From positions 1 through 64,000 of the forward strand of contig CALSSD010000006.1 in the NCBI GenBank assembly GCA_943788915.1: DNA of 64,000 nt, written 5' to 3'. Positions 49,110 through 59,528 of the stretch are shown here, piece by piece; within the stretch, counting starts at the first letter, position 1, and every line of letters begins with the position of its first letter. This DNA comes from an uncultured Acidimicrobiales bacterium (GTDB lineage: Bacteria > Actinomycetota > Acidimicrobiia > Acidimicrobiales > UBA10347). Made by a program: the position numbers and the translations under genes. Below the pieces are notes generated by a model. The model saw only the letters and a program-made list of their open reading frames with translations, was not told the origin of the DNA and did no database searches.

Positions 49110-51221
49110 TCACATGCTCTCGAGGCGTTCCACGGTGGCCCGGTAGCCGCGTTCGGCGATTTCGCTGATCGCATCGAAGTCGAGAAGTTTGACACCCCGA
49201 AGGTTCACAGACAGGTACATGTCGACGTTGTCGTCGGCTAACGCATCGTTGCGGGCTCGGGCCGAACTCCGCAACATGGATGACATCACCGTGTTGGCGA
49301 TTCCTGGATACGACGCTCGGTTACGCGAGACCTGATGCCGCAGCGCTTGTCCTCCGCTCACACCCGAGCCATAGGCGAGACTTGAACCTGGCCCATTCGG
49401 GGGAGCGACGTCGACCGCAAGCACGGTGCCAACGCCAGAATCCCGCACGAGCGGGCCAACCGGCAGGTTCTCCATCACCCCGCCGTCGACCAGTAGTTCG
49501 CCGTTGACGACCACTGGTGGAAACACGCCAGGAAGTGACACGCTGGCACGTAGAGCGTCGGCGACTGATCCTCGGCGATGCTCGACAAGTTGCGCGGTGG
49601 TCAGATTGGTCGACAGGCAACAGAACGGGAGCGTGAGTTCTTCGATCAGGATCGGGCCAACAGTGGCAATGATCGCTTCAGTCAAACCCTTGCCGCTGGT
49701 GAGCGATACAAGCGGCAACGTGTAGTCGATGACGTTCGTGCCCCGAAAGCCTTCTTCGATGTGTTCGGTCAAGTTCTTGGGATCGGCAACCAACGCGAAC
49801 ATGCTGGCCACGACCGAGCCCATCGAGGTGCGAGTCACCACGTCGAGATTGTGTCCTGCCTCAGCCAGCGCCCGCAACGCTCCAATCTGTGCGAACGAGC
49901 GGCCGCCGCCCCCGCTCAGAGCGACACCGGTGGCGGTGCCGCTGGCAAGACGGCCAAGTCGGGCGGTGGAAGACGGAAGTCCCCGGTGATGCTGCAGGAT
50001 CCGGTCGGGGTGCATCGTGGCTATCACCGCCTTGTTGGCGGTTGGGCGGTTGATGAACACCTGATTGGTTTGCACCATCCACAGTTCACGATCGGTGACG
50101 GTGTCGACGGCTTCTGTGAAAGCCCGAATGAGTTCGTGCTCTCGCTCATCGGGAAAGGGCGAAGTCACGAGCACCACTCGGTCAGCTGAGCGCAACGCTC
50201 GTCGGGACCATGTGGTGAGGGTTGGATCGGTTTCAAGCACGACCCACCGATGAGTTACATCGGCCTCGTGCAGAAGCTCGTCGTGTCGCGCCTGTTCGGC
50301 GGTACCGGCATCGGCATCGACGACACCTCGACGGTTGAAGAACCGGCTCACCTGCTCGCGGTCGAGAAACAGCGTGGGTCCGTGTGATTCGATCTCTCGG
50401 CTGATCGAGCGGACCATGTCGACGTCGGCATTGGGGCTCAAGACGGCAACTGCGATCATGCCAGCCTCTGGTGCGCTCAGATTTGGGCGCATGACCCGGG
50501 TCAGGATTTTGCGAAAGACTTGCAGCATCAGCTTGGGGTAGCGGCCGGTCAACGTCTCGAAGGCTTCTTCAGATAGACGAGCCAACGTCGAGTCGCGTGT
50601 TGCGGTAGCTGCCGCTGAACGTGGTGCCTGTTCGATGATGCCGAGTTCACCGACGATGTCGCCTCGTCCGACCGAGACGTCGAGAGTTTGTGCACCATCG
50701 TTGATGGCGGTGAGTTGGAGCCGGCCAGTGACCACGATGTAGGCGGCGTCGGCAACATCGCCCTGGGCGAAGAGTTGTTAGCCCGCCTCGAGACGGGTCC
50801 ACTCGAGAAGCTCGTTCACGTCGTCGATGACGTCCGGGTGACCGGGCCCAATCAGATCGGTGAGTACTCGAGCAACCCGAGTCTTGTCGATGCGATCCCG
50901 TGCCTGTTCGGCGATGCGTTGTGCTTCCTCAGGCCGGTCCTGAAGCCACTCCCCGTAGCTATCGGCTGAGAACTCGCGCACGGTTACCGGCGTGTCACCC
51001 GCCCGGACGGTGGCTGTTCGCCTGCCACCGATGACAGCAGTAATCTCGCCGACGATCTCGGTTGGCCCGAGTATGCCTACAACGAGATCACCGGTTTCGG
51101 TGCTGTGAACGACCTCGAGTGATCCGTCAACTACGAGATACACGGCATCGCTGTCATCGCCAGCAGCGAACAACATCTCGTTTGCGTGCAGCTCTCGGAT
51201 TTGGCCCAACTCGTCCATCAT
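49110..51221 (-). pseudogene. Tandem cNMP-binding plus patatin (NTE-like) phospholipase with an in-frame stop
   Basis: LEAG*QLFAQGDVADAAYIVVTG (TAA at 50778-80 in frame); LSGGGGR and LVDGG present; GxSxG reads RTSMG. Confidence 0.8.
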
Positions 51222-51353
51222 GTTGCTGCCCCCGTGTCAGGTTGAAGACTGTAGTGAAGTTGACAACATAGCGACGAGCATCTCGGCCGTCAGTTTCGAT
51301 GCTCGTTGACGCGTAGTCACATACGGCGCAGGCCAGGCGGTAACCTGCCACCA

Positions 51354-52088
51354 ATGTCAGAGAACCCTCCTGTTGCCTTAATGCTTCTCCCGCTCCCGCT
51401 GGTCGTTGGTTCGGTCATAGGAGTCGTGGTCGGTTTTGCCACGAGTTCTTGGTTGTGGGCGATTGTTGCCCTGGTCGTAGCCGCCATGACGATTGGCGCG
51501 GTTGCCTTCCTGGTGGCCGAGTCACTTGCGCTTCGTTTACTCAAGGCTCGGCCGCTTGCAGCCGGCGGCTCACTAGCCCTGCGCAACCAACTCGAAGAAC
51601 TTTGTGCTCGCACCGGCCTCGCTGAACCAGAGCTCTACACCGTGGGCAGCGGCGCTCCGGCAATCGCATCGGTCGGACGAGTCAGCAGCGCACTCGTGGT
51701 GACCGACGGTTTGACCGACGATCTCACCGTTGTCGAACTCGAGGCTGCAGTCGCTCGCGAGCTTGGTCGTATCCAGAGTGGGTCGACCACGGTCGACACA
51801 CTGGCTGTGGCCTTCCTCACCGTTCCGTTTGCGTTTCTCGGAGGGCTGGTCGCCAAGGCGTTGCGATTCTTCCGGGGTGGCGACCATGATGCCCGCATCG
51901 ACCTCGATGGCATCGCTATTACCCGGTACCCACCAGGTATGACGGCAGCGTTGGCCAAGATGACGGCCGTGCCTACGGCCGCATCAAAAGCGGTCAGCCA
52001 TTTGTGGGCAGTCGGCTCTGGTCCATCAGGCGCTACGCCTGGTAGTTATGGCATCGACGAACGTCTCGAGCTACTCCAAGAGCTCTAG
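51354..52088 (+). CDS. HtpX/M48-like membrane protein lacking the HEXXH motif
   Basis: LVVTDGL...L...ELEAAVARELGRI, D..GIAITRYPPGM..AL.K and IDERLELL follow the HtpX pattern. Confidence 0.8.
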   Translation: MSENPPVALMLLPLPLVVGSVIGVVVGFATSSWLWAIVALVVAAMTIGAVAFLVAESLALRLLKARPLAAGGSLALRNQLEELCARTGLAEPELYTVGSGAPAIASVGRVSSALVVTDGLTDDLTVVELEAAVARELGRIQSGSTTVDTLAVAFLTVPFAFLGGLVAKALRFFRGGDHDARIDLDGIAITRYPPGMTAALAKMTAVPTAASKAVSHLWAVGSGPSGATPGSYGIDERLELLQEL

Positions 52089-52216
52089 TCCTGGCATGAG
52101 CCAGGCCCGTCTACCGGGCTTGCGCCTGCAAGCTGACACTGCCGAGGTTTGGCCTCACAAAAAATCTCATGCGAAATGGCTTCCGGCTCTGCCAAGTTCG
52201 CCCATAGACTCGCGCT

Positions 52217-53107
52217 ATGAGTCAAAACCGTCAGACGGGCACCTACGAGGTCAAGCGTGGCCTCGCCGAGATGCTGAAGGGCGGCGTCATTATGGACGTC
52301 GTCAATCCGGAACAAGCTAAGATTGCTGAAGACGCCGGTGCAACCGCCGTCATGGCGCTCGAACGAGTCCCTGCAGACATTCGGGTGGATGGCGGCGTGG
52401 CTCGCATGAGCGATCCCGAAATGATCATCGGTATCCAGGAGACCGTGACCATTCCGGTCATGGCCAAGGCCCGTATTGGTCACTTCGTCGAAGCCCAAAT
52501 CCTTCAGGCGCTCGAAGTCGACTACATCGATGAATCCGAAGTGCTCACGCCTGCCGACGAAGCACACCACATCGACAAGTTCGCGTTCACCACTCCATTC
52601 GTTTGTGGCGCGACCAACTTGGGCGAAGCTCTGCGTCGCATCGCCGAAGGTGCGTGCATGATCCGCTCCAAGGGCGAAGCTGGGACTGGCGACGTCGTCC
52701 AGGCTGTTCGGCACCTGCGTTCGATCCTTGGTGATATGAAGCGCATCCAAGCGGCGAATGACAGCGCCGAACTCTTCGACTGGGCCAAGAAGTTGCAGGC
52801 TCCACTGCCACTCATCCAGGAAGTAGCCGAGACCGGGAAACTTCCGGTCCCGATGTTCTGTGCCGGTGGCCTTGCCACCCCTGCCGACGCCGCCCTGGCT
52901 ATGCAGTTGGGCGCCGAGGCTGTGTTCGTTGGCTCTGGCATCTTCAAGAGCGACGATCCGGCACCTCGGGCTCGCGCCATTGTCGAAGCGACGGCAAACT
53001 TTGAAGACGCAGACATTCTCGCCAAGGTCTCTCGTGGTTTGGGTGCCCCTATGACCGGAATCGGCATGGACGAACTCGAGGTCAAGTACGAAGACCGCGG
53101 CTGGTAA
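52217..53107 (+). CDS. pdxS: Pyridoxal 5'-phosphate synthase lyase subunit
   Basis: [49 protein letters not shown]. Confidence 0.98.
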   Translation: MSQNRQTGTYEVKRGLAEMLKGGVIMDVVNPEQAKIAEDAGATAVMALERVPADIRVDGGVARMSDPEMIIGIQETVTIPVMAKARIGHFVEAQILQALEVDYIDESEVLTPADEAHHIDKFAFTTPFVCGATNLGEALRRIAEGACMIRSKGEAGTGDVVQAVRHLRSILGDMKRIQAANDSAELFDWAKKLQAPLPLIQEVAETGKLPVPMFCAGGLATPADAALAMQLGAEAVFVGSGIFKSDDPAPRARAIVEATANFEDADILAKVSRGLGAPMTGIGMDELEVKYEDRGW

Positions 53108-53707
53108 TTGGGTAGTCCGGCTCCATTTGTGAATAACCGAGTAGGTGTGATGGCGCTGCAGGGCGCATTCGCGCTGCATGTCGAAGCCTGCACCGACCTG
53201 GGATATGACGCCATCGAGGTGCGCACCGCAGCGCAGTTGGACGCCGTGGATCGCATCATCATTCCCGGTGGTGAGTCGACGACCATGTCGATGATGCTCG
53301 ACCGCAACGCGTTGCGTGAGCCACTAGCTGAGCGGCTGGCGGCAGGCATGCCTGCATTTGGTACATGCGCGGGCATGATCTTGCTGGCCACCGATGTCGC
53401 AGACGGGCGACCTGACCAGAAAAGTTTTGCTGCGATCGATATAGGCGTGAAACGAAACGGGTACGGCCGCCAGAACCAGTCATTCTCCGACAACGTCTTG
53501 ATCGAGCGAATCGAGAATCCCGACCAGGGTTTCCACGCGGTATTTATTCGAGCTCCGCTGGTGGAACGGGTCGGGCCCGACGTCGAGGTGCTTGTCAGCT
53601 ACGGCGGAGATCCGGTCTTGTGTCAGCAGGATTCGATACTCGTTTCGGCGTTTCATCCAGAACTGTCGCCAGACCGGCGGTTACACCGCTATTTTTGTGA
53701 GCTGTAG
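53108..53707 (+). CDS. pdxT: Pyridoxal 5'-phosphate synthase glutaminase subunit
   Basis: ALQGAF, PGGESTT, GTCAGMIL, VFIRAP, FHPEL. Confidence 0.97.
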   Translation: MGSPAPFVNNRVGVMALQGAFALHVEACTDLGYDAIEVRTAAQLDAVDRIIIPGGESTTMSMMLDRNALREPLAERLAAGMPAFGTCAGMILLATDVADGRPDQKSFAAIDIGVKRNGYGRQNQSFSDNVLIERIENPDQGFHAVFIRAPLVERVGPDVEVLVSYGGDPVLCQQDSILVSAFHPELSPDRRLHRYFCEL

Positions 53708-53773
53708 TATCTCGACGATCGACATCGTCGATGTTCGAGACCACACAGCGCGCTGAGCTGAAAGGCAGACCAC

Positions 53774-54535
53774 ATGTCGGGTCATTCCAAATGGGCAACG
53801 ATCAAGCACAAAAAGGGTGCGGCTGACGCGAAACGAGCCAAGGTCTTCGCCAAGTTGATCAAGCAGGTCGAGGTTGCAGCGCGCGAAGGTGGCGGCGATC
53901 TCGATTCCAACGCCAGCCTGCGCACCATGTACCAGAAGGCACGCGACTCGTCTGTGCCACTCGACACGATCGAACGTGCGGTCAAACGAGGGACCGGCGA
54001 GCTTGAAGGCGTCAACTACGAACCGATTACTTACGAGGGGTATGCCCCTGCTGGTGTCGCGTTGCTTATCGAAGTCCTGACCGACAACCGAAATCGCAGT
54101 GGCTCCGAAGTGCGCAGCATGTTGTCCAAGAACGGCGGGTCTCTCGCTGAACCGGGCGCTGTGTCTTGGCAGTTCGAACGCAAAGGTGTTGTGCTTTTGC
54201 CCAAGGGCGATCACGACGAAGACGAACTGATGATGATCGCTCTCGAAGGCGGAGCCGAGGACCTCACCGACGTTGGTGAAGCCTGGCAGCTGACCAGTGA
54301 ACCCACCGATCTCAATGGCATGCGCGACGCTCTTTCAGATGCCAAGGTCGAAGTGACCTCAGCTGACATGGTGATGGTTCCACAGAACACGATCGAGCTC
54401 AACGAGGCCGAAGCCAAGTCGGTAATGCGGCTGATCGAGGTGCTCGAAGACAACGACGACGTGCAAGACGTCTTCGCAAACTTCGATATCTCCGACGAGG
54501 TCATGGAGGCGTTAAGCCAAGACGACGGCGAATAA
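53774..54535 (+). CDS. yebC: YebC/PmpR family protein
   Basis: MSGHSKWATIKHKK, YEGY, TDNRNR, DDVQDVFAN. Confidence 0.97.
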   Translation: MSGHSKWATIKHKKGAADAKRAKVFAKLIKQVEVAAREGGGDLDSNASLRTMYQKARDSSVPLDTIERAVKRGTGELEGVNYEPITYEGYAPAGVALLIEVLTDNRNRSGSEVRSMLSKNGGSLAEPGAVSWQFERKGVVLLPKGDHDEDELMMIALEGGAEDLTDVGEAWQLTSEPTDLNGMRDALSDAKVEVTSADMVMVPQNTIELNEAEAKSVMRLIEVLEDNDDVQDVFANFDISDEVMEALSQDDGE

Positions 54536-54794
54536 CGTCACACGTATCGGCGACGTAGCTGCCTTCGGACGCATCCGCGTCGCCACCCGTCCAGCGTCGC
54601 CACTCGTTCCACCCTCGCCACCTGCCAGCGTCGCCGTCAACGCCAGAGTGATACAGACGACAGTTACCCGAAGCCATCGTTGCCAGTGTGTGCGCTTGCC
54701 ACGATGAGTGATTTGGTCGATGTGGAGCTGCCGCAACCAGACGCGCTGCTAGGTATTCCCGGCCTTCAGGGATCGACAGGGTAGGGTAGAACGC

Positions 54795-55286
54795 ATGTTC
54801 GTGTTAGGGATCGACCCTGGGTTGTCGCGTTGTGGTTATGGCGTGGTTGAGAAGCGTGGGCACCGCCAGCGAGCGGTTGCTGCCGGGGTAGTTCGCACCG
54901 ACACCGCAGACAACACCCCGGACCGGCTAGCGGAACTGCAGGGCGAGATCCGGTCGCTTATCAGGGATTTTACGCCATCGGTCGTCGCACTCGAACGGGT
55001 GCTGTTCCAGACCAATGTCCGCACTGCCATGGGTGTTGGCCAAGCAAGTGGCATCGTTATGGCTGAAGCGATCAATGCTGGTTGCAAGGTCGTCGAGTAT
55101 TCGCCGAACGAGATCAAGCTGGCTGTGGCTGGCGACGGAAGTGCTGACAAGGATCAAATGGAGCACATGGTGCGACTCTTGCTCGATATCAAGAAACCAC
55201 TACGGCCGGTCGATGCCGCCGATGCGTTAGGTATCGCGCTGACGTACCTGGCCCATCATGGTATTCCCGAAGGGATGGGCGCATGA
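54795..55286 (+). CDS. ruvC: Holliday junction resolvase
   Basis: LGIDPGL..CGYG, ALERV, DAADAL. Confidence 0.97.
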   Translation: MFVLGIDPGLSRCGYGVVEKRGHRQRAVAAGVVRTDTADNTPDRLAELQGEIRSLIRDFTPSVVALERVLFQTNVRTAMGVGQASGIVMAEAINAGCKVVEYSPNEIKLAVAGDGSADKDQMEHMVRLLLDIKKPLRPVDAADALGIALTYLAHHGIPEGMGA

Positions 55287-55873
55287 TTGGTTCACTGCGT
55301 GGCGAGCTGCTTGTCAGCGAGCCGAACGAGGTTCTGATCGAGGTTGCAGGCATGGGCTACCGGGTCACTGTCGGCCCCAATGTGTCGGCATTGCTGGGCG
55401 AAGTTGGCGCGAATGTGTTCGTGCATATTCACCATCACATCCGCGAAGACGCCCAACATCTGTATGGCTTCGCTGACATCGGCGAACGCATGATGTTCGA
55501 GACGCTCCTCAGTGCCCACGGTGTTGGGCCGTCTCTGGCATTGGCCATCTTGTCGGTCCACGGCCCCGACGGCTTGCGGCGCGCGGTGATCGATGAAGAC
55601 GTTGCCACCCTGTGCCTCGTGCCCGGTGTGGGCAAGAAGACTGCGCAGCGTCTGTTGGTCGAACTCTCATCCAAGGTCGAGGCTCCGGTCGGCCATGTTG
55701 GTGGGGGGTCCGCGGTGCCTGGAGGTTCGAGTGATTCCCGCTCCGACGTGCGCGACGGCCTGTCCGCTCTTGGGTACAGCGATGAAGAAGTTGCTCACGC
55801 CTTGCGCGAGGTCCCAGACGAGGGCAGCACCGCGAAACAAATTCGCGCTGCTCTGAACCTGCTGGCATTCTGA
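55283..55873 (+). CDS. ruvA: Holliday junction branch migration protein
   Basis: [38 protein letters not shown]. Confidence 0.97.
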   Translation: MIGSLRGELLVSEPNEVLIEVAGMGYRVTVGPNVSALLGEVGANVFVHIHHHIREDAQHLYGFADIGERMMFETLLSAHGVGPSLALAILSVHGPDGLRRAVIDEDVATLCLVPGVGKKTAQRLLVELSSKVEAPVGHVGGGSAVPGGSSDSRSDVRDGLSALGYSDEEVAHALREVPDEGSTAKQIRAALNLLAF

Positions 55874-56946
55874 TGGCACGCGACGAATTGCTCGATGCGT
55901 CGGTTGTCGACGAGGACTTCGACGCCGAAGGCATCGATAACCAGGGACTGATTGCTGACCATGCCGGACTGCGACCAACGTCGCTCGAAGATTTTGTTGG
56001 CCAGCCCGAACTGAAACGTCACCTATCAATCATTTTGGGCGCGGCTCGGAACCGCAACGAGGCCGCCGACCACCTGATGTTCGCTGGTCCGCCTGGCCTG
56101 GGCAAAACCACACTGGCGTACATCGTGGCCACTGAGATGCAGACCCAGCTCCACACAACCTCGGGCCCAGCACTTGAGCGAGCGGGTGACCTCGCTGCCA
56201 TCCTGACCAAGTTGTCGCCCGGCGATGTGTTGTTCATCGACGAGATCCACCGGCTGTCGAAACAGATCGAAGAAGTGCTGTACCCGGCCATGGAAGACTT
56301 CGAGCTCGACATCGTGCTCGGCAAGGGTCCAGCTGCCCGTTCGATCCGGCTCGAGATTCCCCCCTTTACCCTGGTTGGAGCGACCACTCGGATCGGCCTG
56401 ATTACTGGTCCGCTACGTGACCGTTTTGGCGAGGTTGCCCGGCTCGACTTCTACGACGTCGATGACCTCCAGACCATCGTTACCCGGGCTGCTGGCATTC
56501 TTGGTGTCGAGATTGACGAGGGTGGTGCCCACGAGATTGCGCTTCGTTCCCGGGGCACACCACGAATCGCCAACCGCCTGCTTCGACGAGTGCGAGATGT
56601 CGCCGAGACCGACTACGACGGCCGTATCAACCACGAAATAGCCGCCATTGGCCTTGAGTTGTTTGGTGTCGACGCATTGGGTCTCAACAAGGTGGACCGC
56701 GGCATCTTGTCCGCGCTCTGCGTGCGTTTTGCGGGCCAGCCGGTTGGCTTGTCGACCTTGGCGATATCGGTGTCGGAGCCAACCGAGACAGTCGAAGATG
56801 TCCACGAACCGTTCCTGATCCAGCAGGGTTTGCTCATGCGTACTCCACGGGGCCGCGTGCCGACACCGGCGGCGTACGAACACATGGGACTTGCGCCACC
56901 GATTACCACCGACGACGGCCAAGATCGTCTCTTCCCCCGGACGTGA
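55873..56946 (+). CDS. ruvB: Holliday junction branch migration helicase
   Basis: [43 protein letters not shown]. Confidence 0.98.
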   Translation: MARDELLDASVVDEDFDAEGIDNQGLIADHAGLRPTSLEDFVGQPELKRHLSIILGAARNRNEAADHLMFAGPPGLGKTTLAYIVATEMQTQLHTTSGPALERAGDLAAILTKLSPGDVLFIDEIHRLSKQIEEVLYPAMEDFELDIVLGKGPAARSIRLEIPPFTLVGATTRIGLITGPLRDRFGEVARLDFYDVDDLQTIVTRAAGILGVEIDEGGAHEIALRSRGTPRIANRLLRRVRDVAETDYDGRINHEIAAIGLELFGVDALGLNKVDRGILSALCVRFAGQPVGLSTLAISVSEPTETVEDVHEPFLIQQGLLMRTPRGRVPTPAAYEHMGLAPPITTDDGQDRLFPRT

Positions 56947-56996
56947 GTGAACGACCGCTGAGGTAAATGGGCGGCGGCAACGCCAGACTGACGACG

Positions 56997-58025
56997 ATGT
57001 TGCATATTGACGATTTTGACTATGTGTTGCCAGACGCGTCGATAGCCCAGACGCCGGTCGAACCACGGGACGCGTCTCGGTTGCTCGATGGGGTGACGGG
57101 CAGTACGGCACTCCACCGTCATATGCGAGATTTACCGGATTTGGTGGGGCCTGGCGATGTCATCGTGGTGAACGACACCAGGGTGATCCCTGCCCGACTC
57201 GCGCTGCGCAAAACCACCGGCGGCGCGGTCGAGGTGATGTTGCTCGATCCGATCGACGACATCAGTTGGCGCGCTCTGGTGCGGCCGAGCAGACGGGTGC
57301 CGCCTGGCACGGTCGTGCTCGACAGCGCAGGCGCCGAGGCCATATGCGTCGACGATGACCTAGGCGACGGTGTGCGTTCGGTGCGAAGTGTTACCGACGA
57401 GGCCGTGATCGATGTTGCCCATCGCCTTGGTCAGGTCCCGCTACCGCCCTATATCACCTCGGGTTATGACGATGACGACCGTTACCAAACCGTGTACGCC
57501 CGCAACGAACGATCGGTGGCAGCTCCAACGGCAGGACTCCACTTCACGCCAGAACTCATGCAGAGATGTGAAGAAGCCGGGGCCGAAATACAACGGGTCG
57601 AACTTGCGGTCGGCCTGGGGACTTTTCGTCCGATCATGGTCGACAACCTTGCTGATCACGAGATGCATGCCGAACAATTCCACGTGCCGGCCGAGGTGCT
57701 CGACGCGTGCGCCGCTGCGAAGCGGGTTATCGCTATCGGCACGACCAGCGTGCGTGCGCTTGAGAGTGCGGCAACACTCGGTGCCACCGAAGGTTCCACC
57801 GAGTTGTTCATAAGCCCTGGCTACGAGTTCAAGGTCGTTGATGTGCTGCTCACGAACTTCCATCAGCCCAAATCGTCGTTGCTGGTGATGTTGTCGGCCT
57901 TCGCCGGAGAGCGGTGGCGTGACCTTTACGCTGAAGCGCTTGCTGAGAACTATCGATTCCTTTCCTTTGGTGATGCCATGATCGTCTCCCGAGACAATCG
58001 CTCCAGAGATGGGGGAGAAGGCTGA
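56997..58025 (+). CDS. queA: S-adenosylmethionine:tRNA ribosyltransferase-isomerase
   Basis: DFDY.LP...IAQ.P, NDTRVIPAR, PLPPYI, YQTVYA, AAPTAGLHF, TNFHQP, YRFLSFGDAM. Confidence 0.96.
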   Translation: MLHIDDFDYVLPDASIAQTPVEPRDASRLLDGVTGSTALHRHMRDLPDLVGPGDVIVVNDTRVIPARLALRKTTGGAVEVMLLDPIDDISWRALVRPSRRVPPGTVVLDSAGAEAICVDDDLGDGVRSVRSVTDEAVIDVAHRLGQVPLPPYITSGYDDDDRYQTVYARNERSVAAPTAGLHFTPELMQRCEEAGAEIQRVELAVGLGTFRPIMVDNLADHEMHAEQFHVPAEVLDACAAAKRVIAIGTTSVRALESAATLGATEGSTELFISPGYEFKVVDVLLTNFHQPKSSLLVMLSAFAGERWRDLYAEALAENYRFLSFGDAMIVSRDNRSRDGGEG

Positions 58026-59134
58026 TGTTCACGTTCGAAGTTGCGTCGACAAGTGGGGTCGCCCGCACCGGCACGATCACGACGCCCCGAGGCACGATCC
58101 AGACACCGTGTTTTATGCCAGTAGGGACTCGTGCCGCGGTTCAGACGCTGACCAGTCATGACCTTGCAGACCTCGAAGCCCAGATCATCCTGGGAAACAC
58201 CTATCACCTGATGCTGCGACCTGGCGCAGACTTGATCGAGGAGATGGGTGGCCTCCACGGGTTCATGAACTGGCCCGGTTTCGTGTTGACTGACAGCGGC
58301 GGCTATCAGATTTTCAGCCTTGAACCGAAGGTCGACGACGAAGGCGCACTCTTCCGCTCGACGTACGACGGCAGCAAACACAAACTGACGCCCGAGAGTG
58401 CCGTCGACATCCAGATCAAGCTGGGATCGGACATCCAGATGGTGTTAGACGTATGTCCACCGCTGCCAGCTCCCGAGTCCGTCATCCTGAATGCGGTTGA
58501 CCAGACACATCGGTGGGCGGTGCGAGCTCGATCTGCCTTTCTCGACCGCGCTGAACTGGCCGACGGCATGCGAGCCCAGTTCGGCATTGTCCAGGGTGGG
58601 TTGGATCTCGACCTGCGAGTGAAGAGCGCAAACTTTCTGACCGACATCGGTTTTGAGGGGTATGGCATCGGCGGCCTGTCGGTAGGCGAGAAGCGCACCG
58701 AGATGTTGTCGCCACTTCGAGCAACAACCGATGTCCTGCCGGTTGATCAGCCTCGGTACCTCATGGGAGTGGGCGACCCGCTCAGCATCGTCGAGGGCAT
58801 CGCGAACGGCGTCGACATGTTCGATTGTGTCCTGCCGACCCGCCTGGCGCGCCACGGCACGGTGTTGACCACCGATGGTCGCATCAACCTCAAGAACGCC
58901 CAGTACGCCCGTGATCCGGGGCCGGTCGACCCGAAGTTCGCCAACAGCCCCCTGGCCCCATGGTCCCGTGCCTACCTGCGACACCTGCTCCAAGTGAAAG
59001 AGCAGGCAGCGTCTCGGCTGCTTACGTTGCACAACATCGCCTTTCTCTTCGATCTGGTGGATCAGGCCCGGGCAGCGATCGAAGACAACACCATCGACGA
59101 GCTCGTTGATCGGGTTGCTCGCAACTGGTCATGA
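58025..59134 (+). CDS. tgt: tRNA-guanine transglycosylase
   Basis: TPCFMPVGT, NTYHL, TDSGGYQ, GIVQGG, GGLSVGE, RYLMGVG, DMFDCV.PTR. Confidence 0.97.
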   Translation: MFTFEVASTSGVARTGTITTPRGTIQTPCFMPVGTRAAVQTLTSHDLADLEAQIILGNTYHLMLRPGADLIEEMGGLHGFMNWPGFVLTDSGGYQIFSLEPKVDDEGALFRSTYDGSKHKLTPESAVDIQIKLGSDIQMVLDVCPPLPAPESVILNAVDQTHRWAVRARSAFLDRAELADGMRAQFGIVQGGLDLDLRVKSANFLTDIGFEGYGIGGLSVGEKRTEMLSPLRATTDVLPVDQPRYLMGVGDPLSIVEGIANGVDMFDCVLPTRLARHGTVLTTDGRINLKNAQYARDPGPVDPKFANSPLAPWSRAYLRHLLQVKEQAASRLLTLHNIAFLFDLVDQARAAIEDNTIDELVDRVARNWS

Positions 59135-59255
59135 TTGCCTGGTTCTGTCATAGGACGTAAACATCGGTGCAAGACGCCGCAGCGCACAGTCGTAGTACTA
59201 CCCTTCCAAGGTCGCCGAATGGCGGCCGAGCCTCAAAACCGTGGAGGGTTGGCTC

Positions 59256-59522
59256 ATGCAGTTCATTCCGCTTGTAGTGATTATGGTTGCCATGTGGGCC
59301 TTGCTGATTGTGCCGCAGCAGCGGCGCACCAAGGCCCATCGAGAGATGCTTAGCGCACTCGGTGAGGGCGACGAGGTCCTCACCTCAGCCGGCATGTATG
59401 GCACCGTTACCGAGTTCGATGGCGACACGGTCTTTCTTGCCGTCCATGACGACCTCGAGATCAAGATCACCAAGGCGTCGATCGCCGAACGAGTTGTTTA
59501 CGCCGACGCTGAACCCGCGTAA
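59256..59522 (+). CDS. yajC: Preprotein translocase subunit YajC
   Basis: One TM, PQQRR, GDEVLTSAGMYG; GGAGG ribosome-binding site; precedes secD. Confidence 0.93.
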   Translation: MQFIPLVVIMVAMWALLIVPQQRRTKAHREMLSALGEGDEVLTSAGMYGTVTEFDGDTVFLAVHDDLEIKITKASIAERVVYADAEPA

Positions 59523-59528
59523 CCGGCA

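Noticed and set aside
53710..53740. Imperfect palindrome between pdxT and yebC
   Set aside because: Made of TCGA/CGAT words that are very common in this sequence, and has no U-tract.
54512..54736. 74-aa minus-strand ORF with a hydrophobic stretch between yebC and ruvC
   Set aside because: Weak start, overlaps the yebC end, no lipobox Cys and no recognisable homology.
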